The notes under the pieces are model-generated. The model had not been told where the DNA came from and ran no database searches. It saw nothing but the letters and a program-made list of their open reading frames with translations. Position numbers and translations under genes: made by a program. 64,000 bases of DNA, taken from the NCBI GenBank assembly GCA_951406725.2, contig OX597823.1, forward strand, positions 114,514,001-114,578,000, written 5' to 3'. The DNA is from Octopus vulgaris. Lineage: Eukaryota. Of this stretch, positions 54,100-64,000 are shown one piece after another (position 1 is the first letter of the stretch; each line of letters opens with the position of its first letter).

Positions 54100-54860
54100 T
54101 TCAAAAAGGAAGAAAAATGAACAGGGAACATACTTGTCCCTAACAGGCAGTAGCGATTAAGTTATATGAATGTTATCAATGTCATTCATCTTCCAAATGT
54201 TGCATGTCTTAATAATTCTGTGCTCATTCTTTTGTATGTGTGTGGTGGACTTACGGTTTAAATGTCGGTTCTTGAAGCTATTTTCGTACTTTCTAACAAA
54301 TGTTCCATTGTGATTAGCATCATAGGATTGACGCTGTAGCATGGCAGATCAGTTATTCAACACCGTTTAAATTTCATTTTTTCGTTGTTACACTTATGTC
54401 CCCTGATGTTATTGTTAGCCAAATTATTCAGAAAGAGGCCAATAGTATATTTTTGGGCTTCTCCGTTTTATGAAGCGGCTCTATGGTGCTTATTCAGTAC
54501 CTAGGACATGCAATGCTGGTTCCTATATTATTCATGCAACTGTAATTTAGGCCTAATCGTTTGGGAAATACACCGTTTTTGAACGGATATAAGCGATTGA
54601 GCTAAATTAGATTACGATTACCGGTTTTGATTTCGTTAGTTGCTGGTGGTTCAGTTTTAGGTCTAAGCTTAATATTTTCTTCAAATCGTTTATTCTGCTG
54701 TGTTATGTTGGAATATTTTGCTGTTGTAAAGAATCTTAATTTGCCTGAGGTGATTCTCAATATCCGAACTACATACGACCCGGAAATTTTCTTGAAATTG
54801 TGAAGGAGATATTCAGTGTTTATGGATGTAAATGAACCTTTCATTTTGTTTGTTTTATGG
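54100..54860 (-). pseudogene. Highly decayed Penelope-like ORF (thumb, linker, GIY-YIG)
   Basis: RNLI*LNRLY resembles RNIIWFNPPY, LNYSCMNNIGTSI resembles LSYSCMPNIxxII, and ENSFKNRHLNRKS..NIWKMND..IT*SL resembles FKxRYxNHK..IWxLK..IxWxI. The motifs are in the right order. Confidence 0.65.
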
Positions 54861-55047
54861 TTTCTACTAATGAGTTGTTTTTTCTACTGTAATGTTTTGC
54901 AAGTTATATGCTTAGTAATTACTATGAAGTTCTTTCAGTAAAATTTTGGACGTAAACTTTCCGAAGTGAATTATACAAAGAAGGCACGAAGCACTTAAAC
55001 GAAATACCGTCACACACATACAGACATAGACATATATTCTGAAATAT

Positions 55048-55131
<84 letters not shown>

Positions 55132-55137
<6 letters not shown>

Positions 55138-55273
55138 TAGAAAGAACCACCTTTTATCAATTCAAAATGAACAATTAAATTACGCCATCTAGAAAATTAC
55201 ATATAATGGAAATATTAAATTAAAATAACAATAAAATACCAACGATTAAGTAAATTGCCAAAAAATAATAAAA

Positions 55274-55313
<40 letters not shown>

Positions 55314-55470
55314 CCAATTATATACGTTTTTATTATTTTTGGGCAATTTACTTAATCATTTGTATTTTATTGTTATTTTAATTTAATATTTCTATTACAT
55401 GTAATTATCTAGATGGTGTAATTCAATTGTTCATTTTGAATTGATAAAAGGTGGTTCTTTCTAATTTATA
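55132..55470. repeat. Inverted repeat of ~150-bp AT-rich arms around (TA)n
   Basis: Left ataaattagaaagaaccaccttttatcaattcaaaatgaacaatt.. (55132-55280) is mirrored by ..aattgttcattttgaattgataaaaggtggttctttctaatttat (55321-55470). Confidence 0.93.
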
Positions 55471-55534
55471 TTTTTTTCTCTGGTTTCAGCTCAGAGCTGC
55501 GGCCATGCTGATGCACCGCCGTTGAATTGTACGC

Positions 55535-55735
55535 CCATCACCATGATTGATCGGTAGCCAGTACACACATTTTTTCTCTGCTTGTTTCTTTCTGTGTTCC
55601 TTTCTGTGGAAGAGCGTAGGCTCGAAACGCAAGACTTTTTCAATTCCCGAGCGTTATAGTAATACATCCGTTTGTTTTCTACACCACCTGTCTTCGTCTT
55701 TTGGTTTTTTTTTTCGTGAATTCTTCCCCTACATA
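55535..55735 (+). mobile_element. Penelope pLTR family P1
   Basis: gatcggtagccagtacacac..CTGTGGAaGAGCgtagGCTCGAAACG..caccacctgtcttcgtc, ending at (TA)n. Confidence 0.8.
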
Positions 55736-56693
55736 TATATATATCATAAATAGCCGCCACCCGCCCAATATTAACCAAGCCAATGAACAATCCAAAATTC
55801 ATTATTCCACTAACAGCTAAACAATATTTAATATAATTTCTGTCATTAAATTTCCATATCATTCTTTTTCCCTTTCCTTCAATCTCCCTAAATATAAAAT
55901 CTTGATATTTTTAAACTTTTGTAATCTCTCTCAACACAGAATTCTGAATTCCTTAATATTACTAAATATTTTTATAATATCCGTTATTATCTCCACCTTG
56001 TTGTTCTTTCCATTGTCATCTTGTTTCTGAAAATTTGTTAATTATTTATGTTTGTTTGTTTTTGTACTTTTTTTGTGTTTTTGTAAGGCAGCTGTATCGT
56101 TTTACGAATGCGTGTAGCAATGCGGTTGCCCTGCCTTTCGGGTCTCTTTCTCAGCTATAAATGGAACTCACGTGATAGCTTGATAAAGTTTGATAAAGTG
56201 AAACAACGTAACACGAGAAGAAACTCACACAAACTGAGCTTTAGATATTTGAACACACAAACAGTCTTTCACACAACAATAATACAGATAAACACACACA
56301 ACGATATACATACATAAATCTATGCGTGTTAATAGTCGTACTTCTGATAGTAGTGATGCTGGTCTAGTAGTGAAAACGGAGGTGTTAGTCGTGGTAGTGA
56401 TGTAATGGTTATGTTAGCCGTTATGCCAGTAGTTTGATATACTTGTGAAGCTTCTCATGGTAGTGATAATGTAATGCTGGTGATTTTAGAGGGTAATGTT
56501 AGCGATGCCAGTGTAATGGAGATGGTGGTGGTGGTGGTGGTGGTGGTGGTTTAATGGTAGTATTGGAGATCCTTTTACTGTTCTATTTATAATAAGTAAC
56601 CCGAAACAGACTTAGCAAAATTAAAAGAGCTGATTAACAACCCAAAGTGACTGAGGGAGGACGCGAAATGTGTAGTAGCAGCAGGTATATATA

Positions 56694-56926
<233 letters not shown>

Positions 56927-57216
56927 AGGCACTTTGATTTTGTAGCTGGTTTGCAAGATTCTTTAGAAATATTGAGATGTTATACTTGGAGAGATACATG
57001 GGGAGAGAAAAAGAAGATTGTGACTTAATGTCAAAGGCTATATTAAGTAACCACGAAAGAGCTTTCACAAACAAAAATAAAACAAATGACTTACTGCTTG
57101 ACCAAGTTCAGCAAAGAATCGCCTGGTTATAGTTGGGCACTTAACAATTGACTATTAATAAAGGAGTTGAATTGAACTAGTTCGTGTGTTAATAATACTG
57201 GCATAATGACCCTCCC

Positions 57217-57470
57217 TCTGGACACGATATCTCGAGAATCGCTGGATTGATTCGGATGAAACTTTTAGGGATGTTTGGCCTCTTGGCTGGCACGAACTGA
57301 TTAGATTTTGGCCTCGATCGGTTGCTGGACGAGGATTCTAGATTAATTTTCCTAATTTTTTACTTTATTTTTGAGAGCGGTCGGGTTCATGTTTAGTACT
57401 CCTGTTTGTGAGAGCAGTCGAGTTTATTTCAGATATTCTCATTTTAAAAATCATATCTGGCTAATCGTTG
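57217..57470 (+). mobile_element. Partial second copy of the HINE at 18066-18460
   Basis: tggacacgatatctc..gctggattgattcggatgaaacttt..gagcggtcgggttcat..gagagcagtcgag..tattctcattttaaa aligns with 18148-18380. Confidence 0.85.
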
Positions 57471-58103
57471 AGTGGACACCGCCGTCGCCTCAGGTGTTTC
57501 GTAAATTGTAAGTGATTTTGATGGTGTTCTTCATTGTGTTCCATCGTTTTAATTTTTGTGTCAGTGTTTTTAAACACTTTGTGGATTGTTTTGTGCTGCC
57601 TTGCGGCAGTTTGTTTGTGCTTTTCTTCCTCTTGTGAGGCGAATTATCCCAATGGAAAAGAGAAAATAAACAAAAGGTTTTATTCAGACCTTAGCGGTTC
57701 TGAGTTGTCTTCTTCCGAAGATGAATTGTTGCAGGCTATGGGAAGAATGGACGAGAAAATACAGGAAGACAGAAAGTTCGCAGGAGTGGCAAGACGGCAA
57801 GAAGACGAAGTAGACATGAAAACAATTGCTAGTTATAAGAAAATGACGAGTAAGGACCGTTCTAACGGGGAACTCTCTCCATCCTACAAGAAACATTGAA
57901 AGACTTAAGAGAGAGAATGATACCGTACAAGACTTTATTGATAAAAGCAGCCAAAACTTTATACTTTGATAAGATAAGTAGTGGTAATCTTCCTCTCAAA
58001 AGTGCTGGTCATGTACCTACATCAAAAACCATTAATAACGAGTGCTCGTAGAATTCTTTAAGCTCCTTGATTTCTCAGATTTTTACATATGGTATCCTTT
58101 GAA

Positions 58104-58147
<44 letters not shown>

Positions 58148-58277
58148 ATGTATACGTATGGATGGGTAGATGGATGTGTGTATGTATATACACATACACA
58201 CACAAACACACACGCGCCGCGCACACACACACACACACACAGAGACACACTGAGAGAGAAAGGGCGATATGTATAGG

Positions 58278-58443
58278 GGATAGATAGATAGATAGCTAGA
58301 TAAATAGATAGATAGCTAGATAAATAGATAGATAGCTAGATAGATAGATAGATAGATAGATACATACATACATACATACATACATACATACATACATACA
58401 TACATACATACATACATACATACATACATACATACATACATAC
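58278..58443. repeat. (GATA)n with a 20-bp higher-order unit, then (CATA)n
   Basis: gatagctagataaatagata repeated about 2.5 times. Confidence 0.9.
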
Positions 58444-59445
58444 ACAGCAATGCTCCTGCAAATAGGCACACATTAGATGTGCTACGGAAAGGTATTTAAG
58501 AGGCGTTCAAATCCTTTGGCCTTCAGTATTCATTTTCTTGGATGTCATTCTAGATCTCTATATTCATCTTTTAAATCGTTTCGGAAATTTCACATTGTAG
58601 ACACCCGTTCGCCGCCTAATGTTCAAAACCTCGTAAAGGGCTTAATTAAAGACCCCTTTGTCAACCATTGAATAATATAATATACACCAGGGCCCCTTAC
58701 TACAAAGATGTCCTTGAGGCCATTGGATTCAAAGATTAGATTGCATACAGCCCTAGCTCAAGAATGTTAGTTGCACATCAAGTTAGATCTTCCTCCTTAT
58801 ATTAGATATATTACGTGCACGATTTTTCTAAATATAATAGAAAGGCACTTCCCTTCTGAGCATAAATACGAGAAACTGTTCAATAAGCTAACACTAAAAA
58901 TTATTAAAGAATGCATTCTAAGATGAATCAAATAATTTCACCTAAACTGAATTGAACTACAGAAGTTTAATGTTCATGCAGTAATGTCGGTATAGCGACT
59001 GAATGGATTATGTAGCACCAAGGCTATTATATATGGAACACAGATCAGATCTACAGATGCGAATAAGTACGTTAACTTGAAACTATACATCACACGAAAA
59101 CAAAAAAATAACCTTCAAGCTGAGATTTTACAAACACACTACCTCATTCAGAACCATTGAAAAAAGGATTACCGCAAAACTTGTAGTGTTAAAACTACCA
59201 GACAAAACAAAAAAAAAAATGGCGCTGTGCGTGACATCAATAGGAAGATCGGCGAAAAATTCAGACTTTACAGGAACAGCATCAGGAGATGCAAGTTCTG
59301 CGATATAAAAAAAACACAGCATAACTAAGGAAGCTGTAGAATCTAGCACCGTCTCTTAATTCTAAGACAAATTTGGTGAGATTTTTCTGGATTTTCTTCA
59401 TATTTCTTTCTCTCACTCTCTTCACACCTCTCTACATTTCTCTCT

Positions 59446-59490
<45 letters not shown>

Positions 59491-60155
59491 ATCGATTCAT
59501 CCTGCTTTCTCTCCCCTATTTTTCTATCCCTCTATTTCTGCATGGTTTTGAAAGGTTTACGCGTGTGTATGTGTGACAATGTGTGTACGTTCACGTGCTT
59601 TTATAATTGCTTGTATGTCTACAATTGTGTGTCTGTGTATTCGTATGGTTTTTGCAAAATATACGAACAAATCAACAAAAGATAACTAGAGATACAACGT
59701 CGGGTAGAGAGCTACTCCAGGAGTACAATCCTTTTCAAGCGATAATTACTATAGATTACACATTCTTTCCAGCTTTAACTTTCATTCACATATTCTTTGT
59801 CTTCATAGCGTGGGAGTTGATTTTGAGAAAGGCGTAACTGCTATTTTTAAAACACCCGGTCCATCACGCGCAGAGTTTTCAGCCTAACGAATGTTTCGTT
59901 TCATTTCCTAAAATTAACAGATCTGAAACGGATTGCTGTTGCTTGCGATCCAGGCATTTAATGTATTTCACTGAATCAAATATATAGATTCATATCTACA
60001 CGCAAACACACACGTGTACACGCACGAACACGCACACACACACACACACACACTTGCATACACAAACACATTTACACACATACATGAATATATACAAGAG
60101 AGGTATGTGCACGCGCACACACACGAACTTATGCATATATATGTATGCATGTATG

Positions 60156-60219
<64 letters not shown>

Positions 60220-60224
60220 ACCTC

Positions 60225-60421
60225 GTGAGTAGCGTCAGCGATTTTTTTTCCTCTGTCTTCCCTTCTCTGGATCTTTCCTTCTCCTATGTTTCCAACGAAG
60301 AGCTCCGCTCGAAACGTTAAACCCTGCTTCTTCCCTTCTTTCCTGAGCGTCCAATAATACTTTATTTGTTCCACGTCCTCGCGTTGCTGTGTTTTTTTTT
60401 TGTTTTTTCTTGTTTGGATTA

Positions 60422-60425
<4 letters not shown>
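60225..60425 (+). mobile_element. Penelope-type pLTR family P2
   Basis: gtttCCAACGAaGAGCtccGCTCGAAACGTTaaac, lying between (TA)n tracts. Confidence 0.7.
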
Positions 60426-60466
<41 letters not shown>

Positions 60467-60690
60467 CTCAGCTTTTTTTCGTCCTTGTTATTCTTGTCCC
60501 TTTTTTTGTATTCCTTTTTGTATACATATGACGGCGTACGTACACCTTTGGTCTCTTATATGTAAGTACACACACACTTGTATTGTTTGTCTTGTACCCT
60601 GTTTTTTCGTTGTTAAAAAAGTCCGTTTCCTTGTTTGTTTTTATGTTTTCGTTTCTCGTTGTGTTCTACGTTTATTTGTGGTGTCCTGTA

Positions 60691-60742
<52 letters not shown>

Positions 60743-60754
60743 TATATTCATGTG

Positions 60755-60955
60755 TGTCTGTGTTTGTTCCCCTACCATCACTTGACAACCGATATTGGTG
60801 TGTTTACGTCCCCATAACTTAGTGGTTCGGCAAAAGAAACTGATACAATAAGTACTAGGCTTACAAAGAATAAGTACTGGAGTCGATTTGTTCGACCAAA
60901 GGCCGTGCTCCAGCATGGCCGCAAACATATTACTGAAACAAGTAACAGAAAGAAT
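60755..60955 (+). mobile_element. SINE family A, tail only
   Basis: cttgacaaccgatattggtgtgtttacgtcccc..actgaaacaagtaa. Confidence 0.9.
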
Positions 60956-61139
60956 ATATGTGTGTGTATTTATATATATATGCATGTATATACACCACAC
61001 AAACACACACACACACATATGCATATATATATATACATATGTATATATATATATATATAATTCGTGTTTAAGAATCATAAAATTGTACGTTACAAAACTA
61101 TACAGTAATCCATCAGCTCAATGTAAATTTTGCTATCTA

Positions 61140-61350
61140 TAACCGATCAAAAAAGCAAACAGCCACTACACACATTTTTTTTTTTCTCTCCTTGTTTCTC
61201 TCCTTGCTTTCTGTGTCCCTTTCTGTAGAAAAGCGTAGGCTCGAAACGTAAAAGACTTTTTCTATTCCTGAGCATTATACTAATACATCTGTTTGTTTTG
61301 TACACCACCTGTCTTCGTCTTTTGTTGTTTTTTTTCGTAAACTCTCCCTA
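61140..61350 (+). mobile_element. Penelope pLTR family P1
   Basis: agccactacacacatt..CTGTAGAaAAGCgtagGCTCGAAACGTAaaagac..actctccctatata. Confidence 0.8.
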
Positions 61351-61409
61351 TATATATGTGTGTTTGTGTATATATTTATATATATATATATGTATATATA
61401 TACATATAC

Positions 61410-61485
<76 letters not shown>

Positions 61486-62354
61486 CATATATACATTATA
61501 TATTTACATTTAAACATGATTATATAATACATAAGTATACTTATGAATATGTATGTATGTATACATATATATGCACACACTCAAACACATATACACACAT
61601 CCGCACATGCACATACACATACACACACACATACATACATACATATATATATACGTGTGTGTGTGATATTCGTATGTGCGTGCGTGTTTTCTAGTGGGTA
61701 GCTCCTCTATTTAGAAGGATTCTTTAATGTTACGTATAAAAATTGAATATCTTAGAAATTATATTTTTTTTAAAAATGAAATTTCTCTCGCTGTTTCCGG
61801 AAATTGCGTTTACGTATGAATACATTTCTCCTGTGAACACTTCTTCTGACATCAAGTATATAATGACATATAAATAAGAATTTACTGATATTCGAAACTC
61901 GTGTAATACTGTGTCGTAACACGCAATAAGTTGTTACAAGGACTGCTTACTCTTAATGGAGCGAGATGTCAGTTGGTGTATATTGTTTAGGGTGGAATGG
62001 CGGAAATATTAAACGTAGGTGCTGCTGAATTTGAGGTAAAAACATTGATGGAAGAGAAGAAATATGTCAACACTTGTGGTTATGTAATTAATTTTGTCTT
62101 CGTCTTCATAACATAACTTTCACTATTCCTCTGTTGAGAATCTGAATTATGGCTACCCTTTCGACAAACCGAAATGGCGATGTTTCATTTTTATTTTGTT
62201 TACGTACAACGTATTTAAATGGTGGGGGTTCAACCGTTTTCAGGTTACACCTTTGAAGAGATTTGATATCTGCACTACAAGCTAATGTTAAACACGTGCT
62301 AAATATGTAGAATTTTCCTGCGCTTATAATATTCGGTTACTGAATTTATAATAT

Positions 62355-62548
62355 TGGTTTCAAATTTTGGCACAAGGCCAGCATTATCAGGGGAGGTGAT
62401 AACTCGATTGCATCGACCTCAGTGTGAACTTGGTACTTATTTTATCGACCCGAAGGGATGAAAGGTTAAGTCGACCTGGGCGGAATTTGCATTACGTACT
62501 GCCGCATTTCGCCCGAAGTGCTAACGATTCCGTCAAGTCGCTGCCTTA
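62355..62548 (-). mobile_element. SINE family B, older subfamily
   Basis: ttttatcgacccgaagggatgaaagg..gtcgacc..gcatttcgcccga..gctaacgattc. Confidence 0.85.
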
Positions 62549-62549
62549 G

Positions 62550-62868
62550 TCGTGGCTTAGTGCGTAGGGGCATTCGGCTCATGATCGTAAGGTTGTGAGT
62601 TCGATTCCCGGCGACGCGTTGTGTTCTTGAGCAAGACACTTTATTTCACGTTGCTCCAGTCCACTCAGCTGGCAAAAATGAGTAGTACGTGTATTTCAAA
62701 AAAGGGCCAGCCTTGTCACACTCTGTGTCACGCTGAATCTCCTTTCGAACTACATTAAGGGTACGCGTGTCTGTGGAATGCTTAGCCACTTGCACGTTAA
62801 TTTCACGAGCAAGCTGTTCCGTTGATCGTATCAGCTGGGACCCTCGTCGTCGTAACCGACGGAGTGCT
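62550..62868 (+). mobile_element. tRNA/CORE-type SINE sharing its 3' half with family C
   Basis: gtggcttagtg (A box), gagttcgattccc (B box), CORE-like ttgagcaagacact..cagctggcaaaaatgagta, then ccttgtcacac..ccgacggagtgc. Confidence 0.85.
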
Positions 62869-64000
62869 CCTACTATCTACAATAATACTGTTGGATATAA
62901 TTCTTTACTTAATTATATATTCAGTGCTTGACACTAACCAAGAAAGGCATCAATAAACTAAAGTAATGCCAAACCTTTGTACGTTGGCTTCCACGTTAGC
63001 TGAACACGTTTTCTACACAGTAAAGTAGAAGTTTGGATGATGACGTAGAAGCCAATGAAAAATTCTGTAAATAATAACTTGATTTGCATGAAGTAACTAC
63101 CAAATCTACAAATCGTTCATCCTGCTGTCTTATAAGCAGAAATACTTTATTGGATAATACCTCTTTAATGCCGTCAAAGATATATTAGGCCAGAAGAAAA
63201 TCTTTTGGAGATGGAGTGCCTGTGTACATTGGTCTGTTCAATTAGTTCCAGAAATAAATGCAACAACCACCACCTCGGTCTAAAGAATCTTTTGTTGACA
63301 GACGTTGCAATTACATGGCCCTATAGAAAAATATCGCCAAATGATATTAGTATAGAGTTCTTGCTGTCTATCTGAAGGCGATGATTTTCGATAGGAAAGA
63401 TAAATACAAATAATTATGCAAATTTACAATTCTCAACCAATCTCGTTAATTTCGAACTTTCTTTCAGCAAATTAACGGCTGTAATTCAAGCGAAACGATC
63501 ATCTAAGTTTAACTGATTAAACTTGCGTCTTGGCCATTCCATGCAATTGAAGCGCAATCACGAAAAGTCTGAGAACCTAATGAAACAGAAATTGACAGAC
63601 GGTGCCAAAAGAATTGTCGCTACAATCAGTTGGATATTATTATCCAATAAATCTTTGCAGGAATGATTCTGATGAAAAATAGAAAAAAATGTTGTTACTA
63701 TTCGTGTTGATGTTGTTTAATCCACTAGTCATCCTAATGTGATTTTTATAGAAGGAAGATTGTATTGTGAGGGAGATTTGGCTATCATTTCTTGTAGTTT
63801 GAGCGATAATGTCGTGTAGCCCCTTGTTTGATCGAGGTGCATAATGTAGCAGGGTAAATTGAAGAAGCGCTTGAAATTAGGGCCTTGGAAGTGAAACAAA
63901 TACAGCGCATTTGACCCTTTCCAAGTTCCAATAAATACACATGAAAAACGCAAAACAATTTCTTTAGGTGGTTTTGTACGTGCTTCTACTTGTTCCATAT

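Noticed and set aside
56150-56200. TATA-like ctataaat with tandem TGATAA sites
   Set aside because: Such motifs are expected by chance in AT-rich DNA, and no downstream gene structure is evident.
63729-63998. 89-aa ORF at the window end or a possible LTR-retrotransposon relic
   Set aside because: No RT, integrase or host-protein motif was recognised in any frame examined.

Overview
Non-coding, AT-rich eukaryotic genomic DNA, most likely from an octopus or other coleoid cephalopod. This is inferred from the SINE families and the dense (TA)n/(CA)n/(TAT)n/(GATA)n microsatellites. No intact host protein-coding gene is recognisable, and nearly all ORF-track entries are microsatellite artefacts. 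The window is mainly transposon remnants: piggyBac, Tc1 and Tc1/mariner transposase relics, an L1/Tx1-type 3' end, a 5'-truncated Penelope-like element (RT + GIY-YIG), two further Penelope remnants, many solo Penelope pLTR/3'-end copies beside (TA)n tracts, Helitron/Helentron non-autonomous elements, and about 20 tRNA-derived SINE copies. The most interesting signal is a set of about a dozen type I hammerhead-ribozyme-like motifs in the Penelope ends. One has a canonical core, two have a compensatory U3:A8 core, a five-copy family has a CUGUNGA core, and one sits in the tail of a tRNA-headed SINE. Other notable items are a SINE inserted as a TSD-flanked tandem dimer with a recurrent junction, modular SINE domain shuffling, nested insertions and several long inverted repeats.
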